Of a DNA stretch of 64,000 nt, positions 42,405-52,623 are shown piece by piece. A model generated the notes under the pieces. It did no database searches. It was not told the DNA's origin and saw only the letters and a program-made list of their open reading frames with translations. Each line of letters starts with the position of its first letter. Position 1 is the first letter of the stretch. This DNA is from Opitutales bacterium (GTDB lineage: Bacteria; Verrucomicrobiota; Verrucomicrobiia; Opitutales; PNEW01): positions 640,001-704,000 of the forward strand of contig CBDANS010000007.1 of assembly GCA_965197745.1 (NCBI GenBank), in the 5' to 3' direction. Both the position numbers and the translations under genes were made by a program.

Positions 42405-43258
42405 TGAATTTAGCGGTCAAAAGAAAACGGATCTTCTACCGCAACAGGTCAATTGCTTTTTCACTGATTGAGATACTTATTGTGGCGGCCATTACCGGAA
42501 CGCTCGTTGTGATGATACTATCCTTTACGCTTAACGTCTTGAATGTTTGGAACAAAACCAGTGAGTTAATGAGATCTGACAGCCAGGTTCAATGGGTATT
42601 GAATCTTCTCACCCGGGATCTGGAGTCAGCGCTAATAAGAAGTGATGGAAAAGAATGGATAAGGACAGTTAAGGAGAGGATAGCGGTAAGTGAATATTGG
42701 GACAGCGATACCGATTGGCTGATGTTTTTTTCACAGGCAACTGATGGCAACCCTGTCAATGGCAATATACGTGCAGTCTCCTATCGTATTATTAATCAGA
42801 ACCCCCTGAATACCTCGGATGATCAAGAAACAATACTGGGCTTATACCGCACTGTCATTGATGCCGAGACAACCTTTAATCATGCACTGGGCCTGGATTC
42901 GGGGCACGAAAATATTTATCAAAACTTTTGGATAGCCCGTACTTTAATTACTGCTGAACCTGAAAATTTTTTAATCTCCGGTATCGTAGATTTTAATATA
43001 ACTTTTGCTTACCGAGATATATCGGGTAAAATCCAGAAAACGGAAGCTGATAAAAGTTTTATATTTGGTGGTCCCGAAAGTAGTGTGGATGAGGACATCG
43101 TATTTGTAGATATCACACTGACGGTATTAAAGAGGACAGGTGCTGAAACGCTTAAAGCTGTAAATAGAAATATAAGCACTAAAGATAAGGAGCAAATGAG
43201 ATTAAAACATGCCCGCACTTACCATCGGCGAGTGCTTATCCCCAGCTATCCCCTTTAG
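42404..43258 (+). CDS. Prepilin-type PulJ-like protein (Verru_Chthon cassette C-like)
   Basis: AFSLIEILIVAAI; LTRDLESA; AVSY; VDITLTVL. Confidence 0.75.
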   Translation: MNLAVKRKRIFYRNRSIAFSLIEILIVAAITGTLVVMILSFTLNVLNVWNKTSELMRSDSQVQWVLNLLTRDLESALIRSDGKEWIRTVKERIAVSEYWDSDTDWLMFFSQATDGNPVNGNIRAVSYRIINQNPLNTSDDQETILGLYRTVIDAETTFNHALGLDSGHENIYQNFWIARTLITAEPENFLISGIVDFNITFAYRDISGKIQKTEADKSFIFGGPESSVDEDIVFVDITLTVLKRTGAETLKAVNRNISTKDKEQMRLKHARTYHRRVLIPSYPL

Positions 43259-43275
43259 ATCTGAATGATATAAAA

Positions 43276-43617
43276 ACTTCGTCTACGTCCAATTTTAAGT
43301 CCCAATTAATTAATTAGTTTTAATAAAATAACAATGGCGGGACGCACTCCGTTTCGTCCGCTTAGGAGTATAATCATAGAAATTTCATAAAATAAAAGTA
43401 AGCCTCAAATCACTTTCTTTTTTTGTGAATTTTGTGCCTTTTGTGGCTATCTTAATCAAAGACAAAGATTATGGTAAATCATCGTAGAATAAATCTTCGT
43501 CATCGTCTGCCTCCTCGTCTTCGTCCTTTTTTACCCAAATTACTAAATAATAAGGGGTATTAAATCTAATACTGTTACTCAAACTTCCCAACGGACGCGA
43601 CGGAGCGCATCCCTCCA
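43276..43617. repeat. Intergenic repeat mosaic (TTCGTC hexamer units and GGACGCGACGGAGCGC REP modules)
   Basis: Motifs at 43276-43290, 43334-43460, 43491-43526 and 43593-43617, shared with 5021-5554. Confidence 0.75.
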
Positions 43618-43751
43618 TATAATATATTTACGCGATTGTAAAGTTGACACGTGTATAAGGGGTTATCTATCATGTTTGAATGCGTAGAAGGGCACAGTTG
43701 TTTTTCATCTGGGTTGGAGAGGTGTTTGTTGGTTTAATTGTGGATTTTTTT

Positions 43752-44192
43752 ATGGAAGACAAGTATAACCTGATTATATATATTTTCGTGGCTATTATTG
43801 CAATAGGGGCGGCTATTTGCCTCTCCTTGCCTGAAATAATAGCTTGGCTTTCTGGTAGGACGTCATTCAAAACGGCTGCCAAAAGCTTTATTAAAGCACC
43901 ATCTACTCATACATGGATGCCAGAAAGCGAAATACTAAAAATTATCCGAAAATCATCTGCTGTCATGAAAAACAGCCCTCGGAGAAATCAACCAGCTAGG
44001 ACTATGCATGATACATTCATGTCACCGTTCATAGCTGGTCCAAGTGGGGAAACACAATACATACGTCAGCATGAAAAGGATGCATCCAAAGGAATTTTAT
44101 ATAATATTGTTGAAAAGCATCCGTCCGCTAAAAATGGAGACAAGTTCAGCAAAGAAATTATTGAATTTGAGCTATACCAAATGGTGCTCTAG
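43752..44192 (+). CDS. Passenger hypothetical membrane-anchored protein inside IS1595
   Basis: ORF with N-terminal TM (IIYIFVAIIAIGAAICL); start chosen at ATG 43752. Confidence 0.5.
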   Translation: MEDKYNLIIYIFVAIIAIGAAICLSLPEIIAWLSGRTSFKTAAKSFIKAPSTHTWMPESEILKIIRKSSAVMKNSPRRNQPARTMHDTFMSPFIAGPSGETQYIRQHEKDASKGILYNIVEKHPSAKNGDKFSKEIIEFELYQMVL

Positions 44193-44218
44193 GCATAACG
44201 GGAGAGGAAATCTTTATT

Positions 44219-44425
44219 ATGGCTATTGGAAAATATTTGAGTTTGGAAGAAGCTTGCAAAAAGGGTAAGTTAAAACGCTTTGCTAAAGAACACCAAGCTG
44301 AAGCTGACGAGCGGTTTTGGCCAACACTGGATGCAGCAGTTACAGGGAGGAAATCAAAGCAGGAAACATCTGTTCAGGCTTGTGTCGATAATTGTAACGA
44401 AACTCAAACTCTTTCAGATACTTGA
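44219..44425 (+). CDS. Small hypothetical protein inside IS1595, overlapping the transposase 3' end convergently
   Basis: 68 aa; GGAGAGG-type RBS upstream. Confidence 0.5.
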   Translation: MAIGKYLSLEEACKKGKLKRFAKEHQAEADERFWPTLDAAVTGRKSKQETSVQACVDNCNETQTLSDT

Positions 44426-45197
44426 AAAGATGATTTTCAGAAACATGAATATGTGTTCCACGGATAGACAATTTCAAACGAGCCCAAAATCCTTCAATGC
44501 TATTTACATGGGAGCCACCAAGCACCCATTTGCCAGCACCATGATTCACTTTCTTATGATTATATCCAACTTTGTTGAGACCCTTGTAAGAACGAAGCTC
44601 GTCTGTGTGAACGGTACTACCAGCCTTCACATTCTCTTTAATAATAGGCTGCAAGGTGCGTTTTTTGACATTGGAAACAACCTTTGTTATTACATCACCA
44701 TCTCTGTTCAGCATGCCAAACGCAATCGCCTTATTGGGTGCACCACGGCCACGCTTACCACCGGAGGACTTACCACCAATATAGGTTTCATCGGCCTCGA
44801 TATTGCCATTAAGAGGACTTTCACTATCCGTATTGGACATGTGCTCACGTATTTTATGAGCCATTCTCAAAGCAGTCGGATAAGCCACCCCAAGTTGTCT
44901 GTGAAGCTCCATAGCGGGGACTCCATGTCTTGTGGTAGTGAAAAGATAAATGGCATAAAACCATTTCTGCAATGGAACATGCGAACCTACAAACATGGTT
45001 TTGCTCATTGGATAGATTTCATGACCGCACCAAGCACACTCATAAGCGGGGTGGCGTTTAGTGCGATAGAACTTTCCATGCTTACCGCATTTTGGGCAAT
45101 CCATTGTATCACCATGTTGCTTATGCATCAGGTAATCAAGGCAGGCATTGTCATTCGGAAAATTTTGTATAAACGCTTGAAATGTCGTAGTTTTCAT
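44340..45197 (-). CDS. IS1595 family transposase
   Basis: CPKC...CAWC zinc ribbon, IEADETYIGG, VHTDE, HVNSIEGFW, YLKEFEFRYN. Confidence 0.95.
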   Translation of the reverse strand: MKTTTFQAFIQNFPNDNACLDYLMHKQHGDTMDCPKCGKHGKFYRTKRHPAYECAWCGHEIYPMSKTMFVGSHVPLQKWFYAIYLFTTTRHGVPAMELHRQLGVAYPTALRMAHKIREHMSNTDSESPLNGNIEADETYIGGKSSGGKRGRGAPNKAIAFGMLNRDGDVITKVVSNVKKRTLQPIIKENVKAGSTVHTDELRSYKGLNKVGYNHKKVNHGAGKWVLGGSHVNSIEGFWARLKLSIRGTHIHVSENHLFKYLKEFEFRYNYRHKPEQMFPALISSL

Positions 45198-45490
45198 AAT
45201 TACCTCCCATTTTTAAAGGTATATTACAAGAATTACTTACACGTGTCAACTATATAATTACGTATATTTAAGTGATGGGGCGGCTGTCGGCATAGTCCCA
45301 CTACCTTGCAATTGGTGGCTATCTCAATCGAAGATGCCGTTAAATAGCCTTCAACCCTTATCCTGGAAACACCCCATTAAAATCACTAGACTTAAATCAA
45401 TAATATTTATTGAATAAATCGCTATTGACGGTATGCAGCACGATCTTTGCATTTAAGGTTGAATGACCAATTTTAATACCGGATTAGGCA

Positions 45491-46363
45491 ATGAATCCCT
45501 GGGTCCTGGCGGCGCGGCCTAAAACATTATCTGCTGCCTTAGTTCCTGTGCTATTGGGCTGCGCGCTGGCATGGAAGGCGGAGGCTTTTAATTGGTTACC
45601 GGCTTTGCTCTGTTTTGCTTTCGCTTTTTTAGTTCAAATCGGAACAAATTTCGCCAATGATTATTTCGATTATATCAAAGGTGCGGATACGCCCGATCGA
45701 ATAGGCCCGGTGCGCGCGACTGCTTCGGGAGCGGTAGAACCGGACGCAATGAAAAAAGCGATGACCGGAACTTGTATTTTAGCCGGTTGCCTGGGAATGG
45801 GACTTATACCTTATGGAGGGTGGTCATTAATTATAGTGGGAGCCCTCAGTATATTTTGTGGGATTGCCTACACGGGCGGTCCCATTCCTCTGGGTTATCG
45901 GGGTTGGGGTGATATCATGGTTTTTGTCTTTTTTGGATTAATAGCTGTTATCTTTACCTTTTATGTTCAAACCGGCCAAATTACGCTTGAGGTAATTCTC
46001 GTCTCATTGGTCGCTGGAGCACTGGCGACGAATATTCTTGTCGTGAATAATTACCGCGACGTGGATACGGATGCCAGGGTGGGGAAAAATACTCTGGCGG
46101 TGAGATATGGGCGAAAGTTCACCTTATTTGAGTACCAGGCATTATTCCTCTTAGCTCTCATCATTACGTTAATTCTATGGCGTCTGGAGTCCCAACCGTG
46201 GTTACTTCTGCCGATTATTGTCTGGCCCTATTGCTTAAAACTCCAATACCGATTAGCGCGGACTCACTCGGGTGAAGAAATGAATCGTCTATTGGCTGAC
46301 ACCGCTTTTTTTCTGCTCGTATACGGGCTGCTATTAACCCTCGGAATATTTTTAAGCCGTTAA
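45491..46363 (+). CDS. menA: 1,4-dihydroxy-2-naphthoate prenyltransferase
   Basis: ARPKTL, NFANDYFD..KGAD, YTGGP, VVNNYRD..TD..GKNTLAVR. Confidence 0.94.
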   Translation: MNPWVLAARPKTLSAALVPVLLGCALAWKAEAFNWLPALLCFAFAFLVQIGTNFANDYFDYIKGADTPDRIGPVRATASGAVEPDAMKKAMTGTCILAGCLGMGLIPYGGWSLIIVGALSIFCGIAYTGGPIPLGYRGWGDIMVFVFFGLIAVIFTFYVQTGQITLEVILVSLVAGALATNILVVNNYRDVDTDARVGKNTLAVRYGRKFTLFEYQALFLLALIITLILWRLESQPWLLLPIIVWPYCLKLQYRLARTHSGEEMNRLLADTAFFLLVYGLLLTLGIFLSR

Positions 46364-46453
46364 GAGTGGAGCAGATAATATATTCCAATACGCTGGCGCA
46401 ACTATACCGGCATCATACCTTCGGGAGATAAGCGCTGCTTAACTGTTGAGCGT

Positions 46454-46780
46454 TTACAAGAGCGCGGACAGCTTGTTCTTTAATTTGTCTTTGCTCTCAA
46501 GCCCAACTACCTGATCAACTACATCCCCATTTTTAAAAAGTAGCAGTGTGGGGATGGATCGAATGTTATAGCGGCCGGCTATCTCGTTGTTATTATCTAC
46601 ATTTACTTTACAAAATTGTATTTGTTCTCCCATTTCGTCAGCGAGATCCTCGATAATAGGGGCGATGGATTTACAGGGCCCGCACCAGGGTGCCCAAAAA
46701 TCTACAAGTAAAGGTTTTGGCGATTCGTTTATAGCGGTGTCAAAGCCTTCAGCTTCGAGGGTTTTAATATTTTCTGACAT
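46454..46780 (-). CDS. trxA: Thioredoxin
   Basis: VDFWAPWCGPC, SIPTL. Confidence 0.96.
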   Translation of the reverse strand: MSENIKTLEAEGFDTAINESPKPLLVDFWAPWCGPCKSIAPIIEDLADEMGEQIQFCKVNVDNNNEIAGRYNIRSIPTLLLFKNGDVVDQVVGLESKDKLKNKLSALL

Positions 46781-46839
46781 CTTATATATTTTCTGGTTAA
46801 TTTAATTATTTCCTAATACTTAGTTAATGAATAGATACC

Positions 46840-47085
46840 CTATGGGTTAGGGGTGTTTTTTTCTAAGAGTTCGGACAATTCATTGGTGTGAACATTTTCG
46901 AGGTTTTTCCCGGAATTTTTTAAGTCTTCGAAGGTTTTAACCACAGTCTCCGTCATTTTATCATGGGTCTCCTCAGAACCTCCAATGATAGAAAACTGCT
47001 CGGCTTGCGTTAAGCGCTTGTGCCCGTCGTCATTGTCCAGGCCTACGCCTAGAAGGTGACTTTTCTCTTTCTTAATTCTTTTCAT
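46840..47085 (-). CDS. Hypothetical protein
   Basis: 81 aa ORF in operon context (LLGVGLDNDDGHKRLT...GGSEETH). Confidence 0.7.
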   Translation of the reverse strand: MKRIKKEKSHLLGVGLDNDDGHKRLTQAEQFSIIGGSEETHDKMTETVVKTFEDLKNSGKNLENVHTNELSELLEKNTPNP

Positions 47086-47131
47086 TACAAAATCTCAAAT
47101 TGCTATAGTATAAGAGAATTTCAAGCGGAAA

Positions 47132-47899
47132 TTATTTCTTATTTTCAGGGTGGAGCTGACAGCGAATATCGATGAAAGCCGTTTCCTGTTGGATTTTAAT
47201 AGTTCTCAGGCGGGCTAATTCGAGAACGGCAAGGAAAGTGGCGATAAAATAAGCAAGGCTGTAAGATTTTTCTTTAAATAGATCTGAAAAGAGAAAATCA
47301 GGGGTGGATATTAATTGTTCAATAATATATTCCATGCGATCCGCTACCGTAATGATTTCATCATGAATTTGCCCGTAGGTTATTTTTTCTGCCAGGCGAC
47401 GCAAAACCTGATTAAAAACGTTCCATAAATCAATCTTATCGGTCGATATTAATGGTCGCAGTATCTTGTTTTGCCTGCTTTCAATATAGTTGCGATCGAG
47501 ATAGTCGTTAGCATCGAGGATGAGATCATCAAGTTGACCGGCAGCATCCTTAAATCTTTTATATTCAATAAGCTGTTGGACTAACTCCCACCGAGGATCA
47601 ATCTCATCCTCACTGTCCGGTTCGGCAAGCTGTTCGTTTTTGGGAAGGAGCATGCGACTCTTTATATGCATTAAAGTGGCCGCCATAACAAAGAAATCGC
47701 CCGCTATTTCCAGGTTCAGTTTTTCCATGCTGTAAATTACATCGAGATATTGCCGGGTAACTTTTTCGATGGGAATATCATAGATATCAATTTCATTATT
47801 GCGTATGAGAACAAGCAGGAGATCCAGGGGCCCCTCGAAGATCGGCAAACGTATAGAATAGTCCAGGGAAGGAACAATGGCGTCTTCAGTTATTGCCAT
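47132..47899 (-). CDS. scpA: Segregation and condensation protein A
   Basis: FEGPLDLLL, IYDIPI, MAATLMHIKSRMLLP, FLAVLEL. Confidence 0.94.
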   Translation of the reverse strand: MAITEDAIVPSLDYSIRLPIFEGPLDLLLVLIRNNEIDIYDIPIEKVTRQYLDVIYSMEKLNLEIAGDFFVMAATLMHIKSRMLLPKNEQLAEPDSEDEIDPRWELVQQLIEYKRFKDAAGQLDDLILDANDYLDRNYIESRQNKILRPLISTDKIDLWNVFNQVLRRLAEKITYGQIHDEIITVADRMEYIIEQLISTPDFLFSDLFKEKSYSLAYFIATFLAVLELARLRTIKIQQETAFIDIRCQLHPENKK

Positions 47900-47927
47900 A
47901 GTAAAAAATCCCTGGGATTAGGGGACA

Positions 47928-50003
47928 TTAAAACTGAAGAAGGTTGAAACGGACTCTGAAGCTCGTATCATCTTCTCGGATATTGCCCGAATAGAGGGCT
48001 AACTGGTATTCTATATTCCAAGCGTTGCCTACTTTGTGATGGAGGGTATATCTTTGTTCCGTCAGGTCATCTCGGCGCGTATCAAAAACAAATTGTGCGC
48101 GAACGCCCAATGTTCTATTTATACGATGATAGTAATCAAGACCGTACTGATCTATTTCATTATGAAGATGGTCTGAGAAAAAAGAGAAAGTCCAGAACCT
48201 GCCGTCATGGATGGTTATCCTGCTATGCCAATCATCGACAGTAAATCCTTCCGGGCTGATCCGATTGAAGATATCAATTCGCAGCCAATGAATAGGATTC
48301 ATTTGTAATTGAGTGTATAAACCATTCCATTCATCTTCACCCTGGCCCGCTGAGAACCGTATATCCTGATAGACATTTAAAGAGAGCAGGTCCCGTGAAC
48401 CATATCCGTGGTGACGTGTTTGGAGAAGATTCTCCAGTCCGATTCGGAGTACATTCAAGTCTGACAAATCGTCGAGGTTACGGGTATTGCCTAAGTCGAT
48501 TGGAGGAAGATTGGTGTTAAAAACATCACGGTCAATAGGGATAATTTTATCACTCCCCGATCTTCCACCCGGTAGGTATCGGTATTGCATGACCGGTTTG
48601 ACGACGTGGCGTAATCCGTCAATACCCCAAAGTGAGTTTTGAAACTCCCAGGTGGCATTGGCCGAAATCTCGGCATCCAGTCCAAATTCACCCATCACGC
48701 GCGTGTAGCTATCGTTACTATTTAGGGTCGCATCGTAATGCGTTACACGTGCGCTGCTGACGGTCATTAAATTTAACCATCGGTTGACTTTAATGGGGCG
48801 ATAAAGGGTATAAAACGCATCATAGCGGTCACTCTCTAGGGTTTTATTACCCAGTATGCTGTTTTCCTCCAAGCGGACGGCGCTGGCATTAAAACTATGA
48901 TAAAATCCTGAATTCAGAACCTGAGAGGGCATGGCATCAAGCCGAATTTCAGGTAGCCGCTCATGAACTTGCTGAAAATCATTGGGTCTAAAGCGGGCAA
49001 ATGTGGAGATGAAATAGTTTTTCCCCTGATAAACGGCTTCAACGAAACTGTCTGGCTGCTGATTTACAAGAAAATCATCAAAACGAAAATCGCGTGCGAC
49101 TTCAGAATCACTCCAGGCACTGATTTTAGCTGTGGCTTGGAGACGGTTACCGATGGGTTGTAAATGTTGGAATTCTATTATATATCGGTCATTGCCTATT
49201 GGCTTTCCCTGACTGTCAAATCCTGGATTTCCGGAATCATCAATATACCCGGTTTGGAGCTGACTGATCCCCCCTTTTTCTAAAGGATTAATGTCCCATT
49301 CATAAGTGGGGCCGATGAGCACACCTCGTTCGGTATAAGCGTCAAAGGCAACACCAAACAATGCGTTCCTTGAAATAGGGACGAGCGGATTATTTTGTAT
49401 ATAAGCACCCAGGTGCCCTTGGTATCCAACGCGCCCTCTTAAACGCATGTGCGTTTCACCCCGGTTTTGTGAAAAGTTGGGCAGTCGGAAAATAGGATTG
49501 TCGCCGAGGCCGAATGTCGGTCTATCAGCTTCCAGTCGTTCATTGGGATAGAAAATGACGGTTTCAGCCTCCAGGTTGAGCGCTAGAGGTGAGGGCTCTT
49601 GAAAATAAACGCGGGTATCGTGAAGATTTACTTCGCTGGGGGTACCTTCCAGGCCTTCACCCACCGCATAGTAGGGAGGGGAGCCCAAGCGGAATGGACC
49701 GGACTTCAATCGTTTTTCGAGGACATCATAGATGAGTTCATCGCAAACATGGCGGACATTACCGTACGTAAGCCGCACATTTCCAACTGCTTTTGCCACT
49801 CTTTTTTTCTGGTCGTAGTGTATTTCATCTGCCACGACAGTAAGGTTTTCGTGGACAAAAGTAGCTTCCCCGCGAGCCACCATGGTCTTTGTATTAGCAT
49901 TAAACTCAATGGGATAATTTGAGCTTAATTGGGGTTGTGCACCAAAGCTGATTGCCGCAAGCAATAAACCGGACACAAATAATATAGACCTCATGCCTGA
50001 CAC
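47928..50003 (-). CDS. lptD: LPS-assembly outer membrane protein LptD-like
   Basis: Signal peptide, OstA-like N-terminus, ERLPE, LRHVVKP, beta-barrel ending in Phe. Confidence 0.75.
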   Translation of the reverse strand: MSGMRSILFVSGLLLAAISFGAQPQLSSNYPIEFNANTKTMVARGEATFVHENLTVVADEIHYDQKKRVAKAVGNVRLTYGNVRHVCDELIYDVLEKRLKSGPFRLGSPPYYAVGEGLEGTPSEVNLHDTRVYFQEPSPLALNLEAETVIFYPNERLEADRPTFGLGDNPIFRLPNFSQNRGETHMRLRGRVGYQGHLGAYIQNNPLVPISRNALFGVAFDAYTERGVLIGPTYEWDINPLEKGGISQLQTGYIDDSGNPGFDSQGKPIGNDRYIIEFQHLQPIGNRLQATAKISAWSDSEVARDFRFDDFLVNQQPDSFVEAVYQGKNYFISTFARFRPNDFQQVHERLPEIRLDAMPSQVLNSGFYHSFNASAVRLEENSILGNKTLESDRYDAFYTLYRPIKVNRWLNLMTVSSARVTHYDATLNSNDSYTRVMGEFGLDAEISANATWEFQNSLWGIDGLRHVVKPVMQYRYLPGGRSGSDKIIPIDRDVFNTNLPPIDLGNTRNLDDLSDLNVLRIGLENLLQTRHHGYGSRDLLSLNVYQDIRFSAGQGEDEWNGLYTQLQMNPIHWLRIDIFNRISPEGFTVDDWHSRITIHDGRFWTFSFFSDHLHNEIDQYGLDYYHRINRTLGVRAQFVFDTRRDDLTEQRYTLHHKVGNAWNIEYQLALYSGNIREDDTSFRVRFNLLQF

Positions 50004-50389
50004 GATATGTTAATTACTAATGACTTGGTTTTCCTTACACAAGTCAATTATTGGGGTAATAAAGAATTCGTTTACTACCATATTAGTCCTTCACTATCAA
50101 GTCCATTCAGATAAATTTTGGATAATAAAAGTATGTCATCGTGTTCCACAATAATGTCTCAATATAGGGCTGATCCGATCCGTCAAAGCTGATCTATTTT
50201 TTGTGAATAGCATGGATAGCAGTAAATTCATTTGTACCCCTAAAATATCGATCAAAGTAATAGGCAACGCTCCAGATTAAATAATAGATTATTATTTTGG
50301 TTTTTTTAATGAGCACTGGTAGATATTAATGCGACTCTGTGGGGGTGAGAGCCCTAAATAAATGCAATATAACTGAGGTTAGATAGTCA

Positions 50390-52600
50390 GTGATTATCAA
50401 TAAGAATGAATTAAGCGCTATCCAGGCTGGAAGACATGGTAAACCTCACGACATCCTGGGTTTGCATGTTATCAATCGTGAAAAGAAGAAAATGCTGGTT
50501 GCCCGGGCCTTCATCCATGATGCGGATAACTGTGAGCTTGTCGATGTAGCGAATGAGTCCGAAAACCATTATCCTCTGCAAAAGATTACTCCTGATGGAT
50601 TCTTTGAAGGATTGCTTCCCGATCGTGATGAGGTATTTCGCTACCAATTGCGGATTAAAAAAACGAATGGTGAAATTCGACAATTTTTTGATCCCTATGG
50701 TTTTCTGCCAACTTTGTCTGACTATGATCTCTATTTATTTAACGAAGGGAATGATCACCGCGTCTATGATAAATTGGGAGCGCACATCCGTCAATCGGAG
50801 GGATTACCAGGTGTAGCATTTGCGGTTTGGGCCCCGAGTGCGAAGCGCGTTTCAGTCGTAGGTGACTTTAACTTTTGGAATGGTTTATATCACCCGATGC
50901 GTATGCTCGGTGCATCGGGAGTATGGGAACTGTTCATTCCGGGGCTCGAAGAAGACACGAAATTTAAATATGAAATTATTGGTGCTGACAATTACGTGCG
51001 ACTAAAAACCGATCCCTATGCCGTCTATTATGAGTCACCTCCTAACAATGCATCTATTGTAAAAGATATCAGTAATTATCAATGGCAGGATGCCGCCTGG
51101 ATAGATGCTCGCAGTAGTATCGACTGGTTGAAGAAACCCATTTCCATATACGAAATTCACTTTGGTTCGTGGAAACGCATTGTTGAAGAAGGTAATCGGC
51201 CATTAACGTATCGAGAAATGGCAGGAGAACTGCCCGCCTATGTGAAAGACATGGGGTTTACACATGTAGAATTTCTTCCCTTGAATGAACATCCTTTTAC
51301 CGGGTCCTGGGGATACCAGGCAACGGGGTTTTTTGCTCCTACACACCGTTATGGCAGTCCCCAAGACTTCATGTTTTTGGTGGATACCCTTCACGCCCAT
51401 GGGATCGGAGTGATTATGGATTGGGTTCCCGGCCATTTTCCTAAGGACAGTTTTTCCCTCGCTGAATTCGATGGAACGCATCTCTATGAGCATACAGATC
51501 CCCGGAAGGGTTTTCATCAGGATTGGGGCACCCTGGTATTTAACTATGGACGACATGAAGTGCGATGCTTTCTTATAGCCAGTGCGCTGGCTTGGTTCAG
51601 TCGCTATCATATCGACGGTTTGCGCGTTGATGCCGTGGCTTCGATGCTCTATCTGGACTATTCGAGAAAAGCAGGTGAGTGGATTCCCAATGAATATGGA
51701 GGGCGTGAAAATATCGAAGCGATTCATTTCGTCCGTCAAATAAATGCCCTTGTCCGACACTATTACCCCGGGGCAATCATGATTGCTGAAGAATCAACTT
51801 CATGGGAAGGTGTTACGCACAGTCTTCGGCAGGATGGGCTTGGATTTGACTTCAAATGGAATATGGGGTGGATGCACGATACCCTGCGGTTTTTTGAAAG
51901 AAAACCAGAGTCGAGAAAAGGGCACCTCAATGATCTTACTTTTGCCTCAATTTATCAGCATACAGAGAACTTTCTCCTTGTATTCTCCCATGATGAGATG
52001 GTTCACGGTAAAAGCTCCATGATAATGAAAATAGGGGCAGAGACGATGTCGAATAAAGCCCAGAATCTTCGGGCTCTCTATACCTTGATGTGGGCCTGGC
52101 CGGGAAAAAAATCCTTATTTATGGGAAGCGAGTTTGGACAGTCATCAGAATGGAAATATGATGAAAGCGTGGAATGGCACCTCTTGCAGTATGAGGATCA
52201 CCAGGGGATTCAGAAAATCGTACGTGATCTCAATAATCTATATAAGTCTGAGCCCGCATTATATGAAAAGGAAAATGAGCCAGGTAATGTTGATTGGATT
52301 CGGGCGAGTGACTCAGATAATATCGTAATCGCTTTCCTGCGCCAGGGGAAAGATGAAGGGGAGATGTATCTTGTGGTTGGTAATTATTCATCGGTAGTAA
52401 GACAAAATTACCGCCTTGGTGTGCCTTGTTCAGGTATTTGGAAAGAGCTTATTAATTCAGATGCAGATATCTATGGGGGCAGCGGCAGAGGAAATTTAGG
52501 AGAGCTTGCCACCAATAGTACTCCCAGTGATGGGTACGATTATTCACTTAATTTAACCCTTCCGCATAACACCACACTTATTCTTAAGTTCGATGGTTAA
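50390..52600 (+). CDS. glgB: 1,4-alpha-glucan branching enzyme
   Basis: FAVWAP, SWGYQ, DWVPGHF, DGLRVDAVASMLY, AEEST, SHDE. Confidence 0.97.
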   Translation: MIINKNELSAIQAGRHGKPHDILGLHVINREKKKMLVARAFIHDADNCELVDVANESENHYPLQKITPDGFFEGLLPDRDEVFRYQLRIKKTNGEIRQFFDPYGFLPTLSDYDLYLFNEGNDHRVYDKLGAHIRQSEGLPGVAFAVWAPSAKRVSVVGDFNFWNGLYHPMRMLGASGVWELFIPGLEEDTKFKYEIIGADNYVRLKTDPYAVYYESPPNNASIVKDISNYQWQDAAWIDARSSIDWLKKPISIYEIHFGSWKRIVEEGNRPLTYREMAGELPAYVKDMGFTHVEFLPLNEHPFTGSWGYQATGFFAPTHRYGSPQDFMFLVDTLHAHGIGVIMDWVPGHFPKDSFSLAEFDGTHLYEHTDPRKGFHQDWGTLVFNYGRHEVRCFLIASALAWFSRYHIDGLRVDAVASMLYLDYSRKAGEWIPNEYGGRENIEAIHFVRQINALVRHYYPGAIMIAEESTSWEGVTHSLRQDGLGFDFKWNMGWMHDTLRFFERKPESRKGHLNDLTFASIYQHTENFLLVFSHDEMVHGKSSMIMKIGAETMSNKAQNLRALYTLMWAWPGKKSLFMGSEFGQSSEWKYDESVEWHLLQYEDHQGIQKIVRDLNNLYKSEPALYEKENEPGNVDWIRASDSDNIVIAFLRQGKDEGEMYLVVGNYSSVVRQNYRLGVPCSGIWKELINSDADIYGGSGRGNLGELATNSTPSDGYDYSLNLTLPHNTTLILKFDG

Positions 52601-52623
52601 TTAGATGCTCGCGGATCAAGGTA

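Larger units (their letters stand above)
43631..45262 (-). mobile_element. IS1595-family element with passenger ORFs
   Basis: TIRs CGCGATTGTAAAGTTGACACGTGTA / CGTAATTATATAGTTGACACGTGTA; exact 8-bp TSD TATATTTA at 43623-43630 and 45263-45270. Confidence 0.93.

Noticed and set aside
44280..45257. 325-aa ORF on the + strand
   Set aside because: Antisense shadow of the IS1595 transposase, with no recognisable motifs.
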